Below are positions 43,434-52,514 of a stretch of 64,000 nucleotides of DNA, piece after piece; positions within the stretch are counted from its first letter, which is position 1; each line of letters starts with the position of its first letter. Origin of the DNA: Escherichia coli (GTDB taxonomy: Bacteria; Pseudomonadota; Gammaproteobacteria; Enterobacterales; Enterobacteriaceae); assembly GCF_009931435.1 (NCBI RefSeq), contig NZ_CP043414.1, one strand, 5' to 3'. A program made the translations under genes and the position numbers. A model generated the notes under the pieces. That model had not been told where the DNA came from. It searched no databases and worked only from the letters and a program-made list of their open reading frames with translations.

Positions 43434-44456
43434 TTATGTGGATGAAATGTGGATGCCTCCTTTTAACGGATTAAGTGAAATTGCATCCTGGAGGAAATCA
43501 GGAGCGAGGTGCGCATAGGTCATAGTTTGCTGGATCGTGGCGTGCCCCATAATTCGCTGGAGCGTAAGTATATTTCCTCCATTAATCATAAAGTGAGCAG
43601 CAAAGGTATGGCGTAGAACATGTACAGCCTGTCCTTTTGGTAGGTCTGGCTTAACACTGCGAAGCACCTTGCGATATTCCTCATAATTGACGTCAAACAA
43701 AAGGCCGGATTTCTTTGTTTTGATCTCACTAACAACTTCATCAGAGACAGGAATAATTCGAACTTTTCCGTTTTTAGTTTTGTTAAACGTCACGCGATTA
43801 TTGATGATGTGTTCCGCGCGCAGATTTTTCGCTTCTCCCCATCTCGCCCCAGTACTGAGACAAAGTAGCGTAATCCGCCGGGCATCACCGCTTACTGCAT
43901 CCAGTAATTTGGCGATTTCTTCCATGGTGAGATACGTCATTTCGGGTGATTTTCGTTTCAAAGAGGGGAGGGCGCGGAGCGGATTTTCTCCGTGAAATTC
44001 CCCGGCATTTGCCAGGAGTGTAAACATTCCTCCGAGATCCGACTCATCACGCCGAACAGTAGACTCTTTTACTCCCAAAGATAAACGGGAGCTTCGATAA
44101 GCGGCCATGAAACGAGCATTAATCTGGCTAACCCTTGGATCATTCATTTCTTTGATGATTTTTTTCAACCTGGTTAGAACGCCGTTAGCATATGGCTTAT
44201 TGCGTCCACCCAATTCCCACCATAACGGAAGCAGATCTGAGAGATGACGTTGCTCTGTTGGCTTTTCAAGCCATTCCTTATCGTGCATGTGGCTGAGAAC
44301 ATAACGCTCAAAGGCCACTGCATCTGCCTTTTTCTTAAAAATCCGCTGAATCCGACGTCCACTTCGGCCACGCGGTCTAACATCCACTTTATACCGTCCA
44401 CCATCGAGCGCTTTAATTGCCATTGGCAAGCCCTCCGGTGAAACGAGGAAAGACAT
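43434..44456 (-). CDS. int: Phage tyrosine integrase (P2-type)
   Basis: 340 aa; catalytic region ...HVLRHTFAAHFMINGGNILTLQRIMGHATIQQTMTYAHL (R-H-x-x-R...Y). Confidence 0.9.
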   Translation of the reverse strand: MSFLVSPEGLPMAIKALDGGRYKVDVRPRGRSGRRIQRIFKKKADAVAFERYVLSHMHDKEWLEKPTEQRHLSDLLPLWWELGGRNKPYANGVLTRLKKIIKEMNDPRVSQINARFMAAYRSSRLSLGVKESTVRRDESDLGGMFTLLANAGEFHGENPLRALPSLKRKSPEMTYLTMEEIAKLLDAVSGDARRITLLCLSTGARWGEAKNLRAEHIINNRVTFNKTKNGKVRIIPVSDEVVSEIKTKKSGLLFDVNYEEYRKVLRSVKPDLPKGQAVHVLRHTFAAHFMINGGNILTLQRIMGHATIQQTMTYAHLAPDFLQDAISLNPLKGGIHISST

Positions 44457-44489
44457 TTCCAGTTTGTAAAACGTAAGAATAATAAAGGG

Positions 44490-44792
44490 TTAGCCAATTT
44501 TCCTTTCGGATGGGGGTAAGTCCGTTGGCTCTTGCCCATAGTGTGCGAGAGCCGGAGCTATCTGCCCGGATTCAGGCGCAATTTTCCCAGTCATAAACCA
44601 CAACGCATATTTCTCAAATCTGGGGTTGTTTAGTATTTGCTCAATTACTTCAGCATTAGGGATAGTTTTACCGCTTTCATATCTCCACAGAGCATCACGG
44701 TTTAAACCAAGCATTTTTGCTGTATCCGGGAGGCTAGTAAGTCTCTCGCTTTCACGCATGATTTTTATGCGCTCTCCAATAGTCATACGCAT
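44490..44792 (-). CDS. Phage immunity repressor (C/CI-like, XRE-type HTH)
   Basis: Product MRMTIGERIKIMRESERLTSLPDTAKMLGLNRDALWRYESGKT; divergent from the cox-like gene. Confidence 0.75.
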   Translation of the reverse strand: MRMTIGERIKIMRESERLTSLPDTAKMLGLNRDALWRYESGKTIPNAEVIEQILNNPRFEKYALWFMTGKIAPESGQIAPALAHYGQEPTDLPPSERKIG

Positions 44793-44887
44793 GTTGCAAT
44801 TCTCCAACGTCTGTATTAATGTTTATACAAATGAGTTTGATTTGGGGCATCCGTCGCAAGAAATACCCCAAACAGGGAGATTATCAC
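44793..44887. promoter_or_regulatory. Lysis-lysogeny switch region (face-to-face repressor and early promoters expected)
   Basis: ~95-bp gap between divergent repressor and cox-like genes, as in P2/186. Confidence 0.5.
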
Positions 44888-45214
44888 ATGAATGAAGAAC
44901 TATTGAGGGCATTGTTTAAGATCCCAGACCCCATCACCGTCGATGAGTTTTCCCGCCGTACAGGTAAGACCGAATCAGCCGTAAGAAAGTTGGTAGAGCG
45001 TCGACTCATCCCTCTAACTACTGAGCGCGAGGTTTTAGGCGAGGAAGGGAGTTCGCGCCGTCTTCTCATCCTTTGGAATGAGTGGCTCGAAATGGTCTAT
45101 GACGCAACGAAACAGCTTCCTCCTGAGCGTAAAGATTGGCGCAATCACTGGCTTAAGAAAGCCAAGAAGCTGGCGGAAGATTTGGGATTAGGCTTTCTTA
45201 ATTTTGCTGCATGA
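44888..45214 (+). CDS. Cox-like early regulator/excisionase (putative)
   Basis: First early-operon gene, 108 aa, AGGGAG RBS; assignment mainly by position. Confidence 0.45.
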   Translation: MNEELLRALFKIPDPITVDEFSRRTGKTESAVRKLVERRLIPLTTEREVLGEEGSSRRLLILWNEWLEMVYDATKQLPPERKDWRNHWLKKAKKLAEDLGLGFLNFAA

Positions 45215-45232
45215 GATGCAGGGAGTTTTGAT

Positions 45233-45574
45233 ATGAAACAGCAACGTAATTCACGCTTTCGTAATGGTGCTGAACGCCACGCTAACCGTTTCGCTACCAG
45301 TGCATCACGCAGCAACATCCGCTACAGCCTGAGTGATACACACGCAACGCCGGATGGCTACCCAGTAAAACAAATCGGCGAGCACGCTTGGCTGATTGAG
45401 AAAGCTGGAATCGTGATCCACAAATGCCCACGCAATCCGTTTACCGGAAACCGCATTTTTGCATTGAGCTGTGGCGACAATCAGTTTGGGCAGGATTTCA
45501 CATTATACGAAGCACTTCGCACGGTTGATCGTCTGCTTCGCGGGCAAAGTTTTATTAAACAGGCTGATTTATAA
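45233..45574 (+). CDS. Hypothetical phage protein (113 aa)
   Basis: Early-operon ORF. Confidence 0.5.
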   Translation: MKQQRNSRFRNGAERHANRFATSASRSNIRYSLSDTHATPDGYPVKQIGEHAWLIEKAGIVIHKCPRNPFTGNRIFALSCGDNQFGQDFTLYEALRTVDRLLRGQSFIKQADL

Positions 45575-45584
45575 CGGGTGCTTT

Positions 45585-45872
45585 ATGACCAAAGACCATG
45601 CACAAGGTGTATTTATCCGCTTTATTGATTTTCGCGGTGAACTGTTATTACGTGCATCCGCTATTGACGGAGTGACTCCGGCGGGTAAAAACGGAGCCGA
45701 CGAAGCCACTTACGTTTATCTGAACGGCACGCGACTGCTTGTGGAACTTCCGTACCAGACCGTACGAGAAATCATTAGCGAAGCTGAAAAGGCACGCCAA
45801 GTTAATGGCGATGAACCCTATATCGAAATTATTTGTATGGATTCAGAAGCTGAAATACAGAAAGCAGATTAA
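45585..45872 (+). CDS. Hypothetical phage protein (95 aa)
   Basis: ATG at 45585 inside the longer ORF; early-operon position. Confidence 0.45.
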   Translation: MTKDHAQGVFIRFIDFRGELLLRASAIDGVTPAGKNGADEATYVYLNGTRLLVELPYQTVREIISEAEKARQVNGDEPYIEIICMDSEAEIQKAD

Positions 45873-45880
45873 AGGGCGTT

Positions 45881-46126
45881 GTGATGGGCAAAGAATATAA
45901 AACTCTCATTAACAAAGCACTTGAGCGTTTTTATTTTCGCTTAAGTGCATCAGGCGCTCATGCTGAACGTGCAGCCCGTGACTCATTGACCAGGGCAATC
46001 CGGAGTTTGTATGACGTCGCTTTTTACGCTGATGATCTGGATGCACTTAACGAACTTTCCGAGCTGATCTGTGCCGCAGAATGCGGGGAACATATTGAAC
46101 CGTATAAGCTGGGGAATATCGCATGA
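45881..46126 (+). CDS. Hypothetical phage protein (about 80 aa)
   Basis: Early-operon ORF. Confidence 0.45.
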   Translation: MMGKEYKTLINKALERFYFRLSASGAHAERAARDSLTRAIRSLYDVAFYADDLDALNELSELICAAECGEHIEPYKLGNIA

Positions 46127-46329
46127 GTATATTTATCTCATGGCTTGTTCTGATTATTTCGGTGGCCTGCGCCATTGGAATTATGCGAATTATTCATTCA
46201 GTAAAAAAGATTGAACGTTTTTTCACTGGTGAATAACGATACAAATAAAACATCAAATTAAATAAGAAAACGTGAAAACCATCCGTATTAACGGAGGTAT
46301 TCGCACACGCAAATAACGGAGATACAAAA

Positions 46330-46740
46330 ATGCACGCAAAAGAAGAAGGTATCATCAGAGCACTGAAAGAAATTTCAAAGACAGAAAACGAAGTAGCGAA
46401 AAAAGCCATAGCAAATAATCATATGGACGTCGCAACCCACACACTGATAGTCGCAAGAGTCACGGCAGAAGCAGCCGAAATTATCGCAAAACAGGATGCT
46501 GAACTGGCGGTTCTCAGAACACAACCAGTCACCGGACTGGATTTGTCTAACACCGGACGCCTTATTTACACAATTGGCTCGGAGCTACAGCGATACACCA
46601 TTATCGCCGGGTTACAGGATAAATACCTGATCACTCCTCACCCCATAAGGGAATCAGAAATTCTGACAAATCTCCGCCTGATAGAGCGCTCTCAAGTCGC
46701 ATTCATTGATGACGCACAGTGCACCGTATTTAACGCATAG
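46330..46740 (+). CDS. Hypothetical phage protein (136 aa)
   Basis: Early-operon ORF. Confidence 0.5.
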   Translation: MHAKEEGIIRALKEISKTENEVAKKAIANNHMDVATHTLIVARVTAEAAEIIAKQDAELAVLRTQPVTGLDLSNTGRLIYTIGSELQRYTIIAGLQDKYLITPHPIRESEILTNLRLIERSQVAFIDDAQCTVFNA

Positions 46741-46763
46741 AGTTACTGGACAAAGGGGGCGCA

Positions 46764-46967
46764 ATGGCAATTAAGCATTTTCCCGTCGTTCGCTTTACCT
46801 CCAGAGGGCGCGAATACGAGGTCGACGAACGCCTGATTACCACTATCGACAAACATCGTTCGGAAAAGGATGCACACCACATCTACCTCACTGACGGCAC
46901 TTACTTCTGCGCCACTAATGTGGCGCGGGTAAACCTTATCCGACAGGTACAGGAGCCACGCAGATGA
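46764..46967 (+). CDS. Hypothetical phage protein (67 aa)
   Basis: Stop overlaps next start (ATGA). Confidence 0.45.
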   Translation: MAIKHFPVVRFTSRGREYEVDERLITTIDKHRSEKDAHHIYLTDGTYFCATNVARVNLIRQVQEPRR

Positions 46968-47230
46968 CCATTCTGGACTACATCGCTACTCATCCGGGGT
47001 GTAGCGGCGGAGAGATCGCCGCAGCACTGAATACTCCAACCACAGCCATTAATGCTGAGTTACGCCAACTTTGGCGCGGCGGCTTAGTCATCAGAACAAA
47101 CCGCAGCACAGGTGGTCGCGCTCGCAAAACTGGAGGCCAGGCTTCTTACCACGTAAACCCGATGCCGTTCGGGTGTAGCAATCCACTTACTCACATGTTT
47201 AACCAGCTACTGAAGGAAGCCAGAACATGA
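46964..47230 (+). CDS. Hypothetical small protein, possible winged-helix DNA-binding (88 aa)
   Basis: Translationally coupled small ORF. Confidence 0.45.
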   Translation: MTILDYIATHPGCSGGEIAAALNTPTTAINAELRQLWRGGLVIRTNRSTGGRARKTGGQASYHVNPMPFGCSNPLTHMFNQLLKEART

Positions 47231-47526
47231 GCACCATCAACCACCAGAAGCTACGCGAACTGGCATTTGCCCTGCAACGAATGGCAACACCTCAAAAATT
47301 ACTGGCATTTCGCGCAATGCTCTCGCCGTCTGCTGTGCTGGCACTGCTGGATGAGCTGGAGCACGCCAGAACCATGGCTCCAGCCATTCGCCTGACGCTC
47401 CATCATGAAATCGCTGATTTCTGCGCACCACTGGGTTCGCCTGGTGAACCAGAAACGCCGGAAACAATGCAACGAGAGCTACTGCAACGCATCGACAAGG
47501 TTTTTGATTTTTTCCTTAACCAGTAA
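47227..47526 (+). CDS. Hypothetical phage protein (99 aa)
   Basis: Translationally coupled small ORF. Confidence 0.45.
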   Translation: MSTINHQKLRELAFALQRMATPQKLLAFRAMLSPSAVLALLDELEHARTMAPAIRLTLHHEIADFCAPLGSPGEPETPETMQRELLQRIDKVFDFFLNQ

Positions 47527-47537
47527 AGGACCGCGAT

Positions 47538-47750
47538 ATGAACAAAAAGACCTGGTTTCGCGCATACATGTGGGCGCTGGTATGCGTCCTCGTTTCTCTC
47601 ATTCTGTATGTGGGGCTACTTCCCAGAATGATTTCATCAGACAGCTCCTTCCTGGTATTGCTGGGCATTTTTGTCGCCTTGCTGTACCCGGCGGGCGTTG
47701 TTCGCTTTTTCAGTAACTACATCAAAGCAATTATGGAAACCAAACAATGA
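47538..47750 (+). CDS. Small membrane protein (70 aa, two hydrophobic helices)
   Basis: WALVCVLVSLILYVGLL and FLVLLGIFVALLYPAGVV segments; stop overlaps next start. Confidence 0.5.
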   Translation: MNKKTWFRAYMWALVCVLVSLILYVGLLPRMISSDSSFLVLLGIFVALLYPAGVVRFFSNYIKAIMETKQ

Positions 47751-48571
47751 AAAAACTATTACCACTCATCCCTCTCCTGATGACCACACTTCTGGTTGGC
47801 TGTGACCGCGTGGAGCCGGGCAATGTAGGCATCAAAGTCAACAAACTGGGCGACGATAAAGGCGTCGGTGAAGTAGTTGGCGTTGGCCGCTACTGGACAG
47901 GCTGGAATACAGAGGTTTACATCTTCCCGACTTTCAAACAAATGAAGACTTACGATGAGCCGTTCAACTTCCAGATGAGTGACGGCACAACCATCGGCTA
48001 TCACATCGGCGTGGCCTACAAAGTTGATCCATCCAAAGTTACCACTGTGTTTCAGACCTACCGCAAAGGCGTGGATGACATTACCGACACTGACCTGCGC
48101 CAGAAGATCGCCGATGCACTCAACCGACTGGCCAGCAAAATGACCACCGATAAGTTTATCGACGGTGGCAAGTCTGAACTGCTGGATTCAGCACTTAAAG
48201 ACATTCAGTCAGAAATGACACCTATCGGCATTCAGGTCATGAGCCTCTCTTATGTCGGTAAACCGGAATATCCGCCAACCGTTATCGACAGCATTAACGC
48301 CAAAGTCACGGCAAACCAGAAAACCCTGCAACGCGAACAGGAAGTCAAGCAACGCGAAGCAGAAGCCAACATGTTGCGCGCAGAAGCTGCCGGACAGGCT
48401 GATGCCATTCGCACAAAAGCCCAGGCTGAAGCCGACGCCATTCGTTTACGCGGTGAAGCTCTGCGCCAGAATCCCGGCGTTATGGAGCTGGAAGCAATCA
48501 ACAAATGGAACGGCACGCTGCCGCAATACATGACCAGCAACACCGCTGTTCCGTTTGTTCCGGTGAAGTAA
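47747..48571 (+). CDS. SPFH/band-7 (prohibitin/HflC-like) domain lipoprotein
   Basis: Lipobox LLVGC; central band-7-like region; C-terminal Ala/Glu/Gln-rich coiled coil (REQEVKQREAEANMLRAEAAGQADAIRTKAQAEADAIR). Confidence 0.65.
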   Translation: MKKLLPLIPLLMTTLLVGCDRVEPGNVGIKVNKLGDDKGVGEVVGVGRYWTGWNTEVYIFPTFKQMKTYDEPFNFQMSDGTTIGYHIGVAYKVDPSKVTTVFQTYRKGVDDITDTDLRQKIADALNRLASKMTTDKFIDGGKSELLDSALKDIQSEMTPIGIQVMSLSYVGKPEYPPTVIDSINAKVTANQKTLQREQEVKQREAEANMLRAEAAGQADAIRTKAQAEADAIRLRGEALRQNPGVMELEAINKWNGTLPQYMTSNTAVPFVPVK

Positions 48572-48577
48572 TTAAAC

Positions 48578-48623
48578 CCGGCCAGTGAAAATCGCTGGCC
48601 GGAGCAGTATCAGGATTTTTTTT
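48578..48623 (+). terminator. Hairpin (ccggccag-N9-ctggccgg) with distal T8 tract after the SPFH gene
   Basis: 8-bp perfect stem; U-tract starts 13 nt after the stem so terminator function is uncertain. Confidence 0.4.
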
Positions 48624-48741
48624 AGTATGCCGTTCTCACAAAAAAACCGCTTGCCATGCCGCAATCAGTCAGGTTACATTTCCGCTGCACCTCATAAAAC
48701 GGGTGCCGGGTTTCGCAGCCTGCTGACAACCAAAGCGCACA

Positions 48742-48761
48742 ACCGCGCCAGCGGTTTTTTT
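48742..48761 (+). terminator. Rho-independent terminator (accgc-gcca-gcggt + T7) in a non-coding gap
   Basis: Stem, tetraloop and U-tract; flanked by cgcaca/tgtgcg outer complement. Confidence 0.55.
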
Positions 48762-48802
48762 GTGCGTACTGTATTGCCACGTCTTTTTCGCACACGAATT
48801 AT

Positions 48803-48878
48803 GGCGGGGCGTACGGGGCCGACTTCGGTCGGGCCGGGTTCTTTGGTTGCCGGTACTGCGAACCCCGTACGTCTCGCC
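48803..48878 (+). ncRNA. Candidate structured RNA: 16-bp stem (14 Watson-Crick + 2 G-U on the plus-strand transcript) enclosing a UUCG-tetraloop hairpin
   Basis: ggcggggcgtacgggg pairs with ccccgtacgtctcgcc; inner ccgac-TTCG-gtcgg; the two G-U pairs would be C-A mismatches on the opposite strand. Confidence 0.35.
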
Positions 48879-48940
48879 ACCCACAGTTTCGCAGCTCTGG
48901 ATGGTGAGTTTTCAAAACTTACAACCAAAGAGGCTACACC

Positions 48941-49171
48941 ATGGCAAACCGCAAACAGCACCGCGCTATCGCGGAGCGTCGTCACATCCAGACTGAAATC
49001 AACCGCAGACTTTCCCGCGCATTCCGCGTCGCTAAAATCATGCACATCAATATGCTGCATGAGCGTAGCTGCGAACTTTCAAACCTCTACTCATCCGCTG
49101 TTTTCAGTTATCTGGCGGATGATCTGCGCGAGCTTCAGCAGCTCATCCAGCAGCAAAACAAACTCCATTAA
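48941..49171 (+). CDS. Hypothetical small basic protein (76 aa)
   Basis: ORF preceding the replication gene. Confidence 0.4.
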   Translation: MANRKQHRAIAERRHIQTEINRRLSRAFRVAKIMHINMLHERSCELSNLYSSAVFSYLADDLRELQQLIQQQNKLH

Positions 49172-49243
49172 TTCCTGTTCCGGGCCTTTCCTGCACCTTG
49201 CGGCGGGAGGCCTTCGCACATCTGTAACAAGAGGATTGCCGCA

Positions 49244-49609
49244 ATGATTCTCGCCAACGACTTTCTTGAATACCTGCTCAACACAGAGCGTGATCTTGCC
49301 GCTCGCGTGCGTGATCGTTATGACATGTACCTGAAATCCCTGCCTGTACCGCAGCTCGCTGACGGAAAGATTGTTATTGATGGTCGCTACATGATTGACA
49401 GCCACGAGGGAAATTACAGGCTTTCCCGCATTGAAGGTGGCACCCCGTCCGTTATTGGCATTTACCAGCGCCCATCCTCTGCAATCGTCGATGTGATTGC
49501 CGACAGCATCCGCATCACACATCGCCATGCCGACACAGAAGACACCGTGCTGGAAATTCAGCGGCTGGCTACAGTCTGCCGCGACACCCTGAATGGCATG
49601 ACGAAGTAA
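49244..49609 (+). CDS. Hypothetical phage protein (121 aa)
   Basis: ORF immediately upstream of rep. Confidence 0.5.
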   Translation: MILANDFLEYLLNTERDLAARVRDRYDMYLKSLPVPQLADGKIVIDGRYMIDSHEGNYRLSRIEGGTPSVIGIYQRPSSAIVDVIADSIRITHRHADTEDTVLEIQRLATVCRDTLNGMTK

Positions 49610-49615
49610 ATCACT

Positions 49616-52438
49616 ATGACGGCAGAGTACATCAGGGACTGGCAACAACCGCGCCACGCAGTGGGGCGTGAAGGAACGGGGATCCCCGCTCCTGAATCCG
49701 CGCTTTCCTCCTGGCTGGATGCCTACCGGGTAGAGAACGAGCGCCGCCAGGAAATGGCTGATGCGGCGTTCTCCGCCACGCCGCTGGGCAACCTGATTAA
49801 TAAAAGCCTGGACGCACAGGAAAAACAGGACAAAACCATCACACTGGCAGGAGACGCCAGAAAACAGGCACGCGGCGCAGTGGATGAAGCCATGACCTCG
49901 CTGCGCCTGCTGCCGTCCTATCTGCGCGATCCGCTTATTCGCCACCTCTCCTTCCTGCGCAAAAAACAGGAAGCCGATCGCCGGAAAGGCAAAAAGAGCT
50001 GGCAGGCGGAACGCTATGCACGCGGAACCCTGCGCAAAATATTCGAACGTCTGGACCGCACCGATCACCGCTGGCTGACACCGGGTTATCGCTCCCTTGC
50101 CGGACGCGAACGCCTGGACGATTTGCTTTACCTGCCGCAGCTCAACAAACACCAGATACAGACGCTGGCCACCATGACGGCGGCGATGTTCAGCAGCACC
50201 TTCGAAAAACTCTGCGATGGCTTTGGCGCGACTGATGGCGAACTGACCATGGATGTAACGCTGAAGGCGTATCAGATGCTGGCCCGCATGGCGTTACACC
50301 TGCACGCCATGCCTCCACATTATGACGCACTGACAACAGACAAAGACCGGAGGAACGAACCGGACACAGAGCTGCTGCCGGGCGCAATCCTTCGCCTGAC
50401 CTGTGCGGAATGGTGGAAACGCAAACTGTGGCTGTTACGTTGCGAGTGGCGGGAAGAACAACTCCGCGCCGCCTGTCTGGTTTCCAGAAAAACATCGCCC
50501 TATCTGAGCCAGGACGCGTTAAGCGAGTTTCGCGCACAGCGCGAGAAAACACGCGATTTCCTGAAAAGTTTCATGCTGGAAAACGAAGACGGGTTCACGA
50601 TTGATCTCGAGACAGTGTATTACGCGGGAGTAAGTAACCCGGTTCACCGTAAGGCAGAAATGATGGCCACCATGAAGGGACTGGAACTTCTGGCCGAAGC
50701 CCGTGGCGACAGAGCGGTGTTTCTGACTGTCACCTGCCCGTCAAAATACCACGCAACAACGGAGAACGGTCATCCGAACCCCAAATGGAACGGGGCCACC
50801 ATGCGCGACTCCAGCGATTACCTGGTTAACACGTTTTTTGCGGCGGTCCGCAAAAAACTGAACCGCGACGGCCTGCGCTGGTATGGCATCCGCACGGTGG
50901 AGCCTCACCATGACGGCACCGTGCACTGGCATATGATGGTCTTTGCTCATCCGGAAGAAATCGACAGCATCGTGGCCATCACCCGCGATATTGCCATTCA
51001 GGAAGACCGCCACGAGCTGGGCAATGATATTACTCCGCGCTTTAAAGTGGAGTATGTCGACGGCTCAAAAGGCACACCAACCAGCTATATCGCGACCTAC
51101 ATCGGGAAAAACCTGGACAGCCGCGCCGTGGATGGCATCGACCCGAAAACGGGCAAACCACGCGTTGACCACGAAACCGGAAAGTCAATGGCCGAGAGCG
51201 TGGAACGCGCCATCGGCTGGGCGCGCCTTCACCGTGTCCGCCAGTTCCAGTTCTTTGGTATCCCCTCCCGTCAGGTGTGGCGTGAACTGCGTCGCCTTGC
51301 CAGCCAGATGGCACGCAACCCGGAAGGCCCGCAACAGCTGAAGGATGACGCAATGGATGCGGTACTCGCTGCCGCTGATGCCGGATGTTTTGCCACCTAC
51401 ATAGAGAAACAGGGCGGCGTTCTTGTTCCACGCAAAGACTACCTGATTCGCACCGCCTACGACCTCGCAGATGAGCTGAACGATTACGGCGAACAGAGCG
51501 TACAGATTTACGGGATCTGGTCGCCACTCATCGGGGAATCCTCCCGTGTGTGCACGCATCCGGATAACTGGAAGCTGGTAAGACGTAAACCGGAAACGGA
51601 AGACAGCGCCCGCGAAAATGGTTTTGACCTTCAGGGCGGCCCTGCCGCCCCTTGGACTCGTGGCAATAACTGTCCCCGTGTACAGGAAACGGACAACAAC
51701 GGGACAGAACAGCCGGAAGAACGGCCAGCACCGTGGCCGCAGCTTCCTGACAGCGTTGACGTGAATGAATGGATGCGCTCACTGAAACGGCACGAACGCC
51801 GGGCGCTGATGCGTTCGCTGCGTGACAAACAGGCAAAAAACAGCAGTGATGAAATGCAGAACTGGACACAGAGCCGCAAACAGCCACGGCCTTTGCCTGA
51901 TAACCACGAGTTACTCGCTAAAGAATGGCGGGAGTCTGCTGAATCTCTCGGCCTGCATATTGGTGAACAGCAGATGCAGCACCTGTTACGGGGCGGCAGT
52001 CTGTACGTTGACGGCAGCATCATTGCACCGCAGGGATTTGAAATTGTACGCAAACCGGATACCCGCCCGGACAGCCGAATCACGCAGCTCTGGCAGCGCC
52101 TGAGCCGTAATCACGGCGTAAGCAGCACGGGGATCCGCCATAACCCGGTCGCCAGCTATCTGGAACAGCTGGGGGCATCAGACCCCGAAGCCGCCGCACG
52201 CCTGGCATCCACACTTCAGCAGGACCAGAACACCATGAAAACCCCCGTTACCGTGCTTTCTGACATGCTGCGCGCCATCCGTGACGCAGAGCACGCACAG
52301 AGAATCAGTGAAACAACTGAACGCGCCCGCCGCAAAGCAGACCTGCTGCGGGGTGGCCTGACCAGTGGAAACAAAAAACAGACAAAAACAGGATTCACAA
52401 ATCCCGTAAATGAGCAAAAAACGCGCCGTGATATATGA
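49616..52438 (+). CDS. Phage replication initiation protein (P2 gpA-family rolling-circle endonuclease), 940 aa
   Basis: HUH-type motif region VEPHHDGTVHWHMMVF; position after the early operon. Confidence 0.8.
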   Translation: MTAEYIRDWQQPRHAVGREGTGIPAPESALSSWLDAYRVENERRQEMADAAFSATPLGNLINKSLDAQEKQDKTITLAGDARKQARGAVDEAMTSLRLLPSYLRDPLIRHLSFLRKKQEADRRKGKKSWQAERYARGTLRKIFERLDRTDHRWLTPGYRSLAGRERLDDLLYLPQLNKHQIQTLATMTAAMFSSTFEKLCDGFGATDGELTMDVTLKAYQMLARMALHLHAMPPHYDALTTDKDRRNEPDTELLPGAILRLTCAEWWKRKLWLLRCEWREEQLRAACLVSRKTSPYLSQDALSEFRAQREKTRDFLKSFMLENEDGFTIDLETVYYAGVSNPVHRKAEMMATMKGLELLAEARGDRAVFLTVTCPSKYHATTENGHPNPKWNGATMRDSSDYLVNTFFAAVRKKLNRDGLRWYGIRTVEPHHDGTVHWHMMVFAHPEEIDSIVAITRDIAIQEDRHELGNDITPRFKVEYVDGSKGTPTSYIATYIGKNLDSRAVDGIDPKTGKPRVDHETGKSMAESVERAIGWARLHRVRQFQFFGIPSRQVWRELRRLASQMARNPEGPQQLKDDAMDAVLAAADAGCFATYIEKQGGVLVPRKDYLIRTAYDLADELNDYGEQSVQIYGIWSPLIGESSRVCTHPDNWKLVRRKPETEDSARENGFDLQGGPAAPWTRGNNCPRVQETDNNGTEQPEERPAPWPQLPDSVDVNEWMRSLKRHERRALMRSLRDKQAKNSSDEMQNWTQSRKQPRPLPDNHELLAKEWRESAESLGLHIGEQQMQHLLRGGSLYVDGSIIAPQGFEIVRKPDTRPDSRITQLWQRLSRNHGVSSTGIRHNPVASYLEQLGASDPEAAARLASTLQQDQNTMKTPVTVLSDMLRAIRDAEHAQRISETTERARRKADLLRGGLTSGNKKQTKTGFTNPVNEQKTRRDI

Positions 52439-52514
52439 AGCGCGCACAAAACAGGCGAAAACGGGATTTAAAAATCCTGTAACCGATTAATTAATCAACA
52501 TAAGGAAAAGCGAC

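Noticed and set aside
48803-48878. tRNA or tmRNA-like gene
   Set aside because: The element ends in ...CGCCACC and has a long terminal stem, but a 16-bp uninterrupted stem and the absence of D- and T-arm consensus are incompatible with a tRNA; kept only as a candidate structured RNA.
49091-50152. 353-aa minus-strand ORF
   Set aside because: Antisense to the 940-aa replication gene; high-GC read-through frame, no RBS or motif support.
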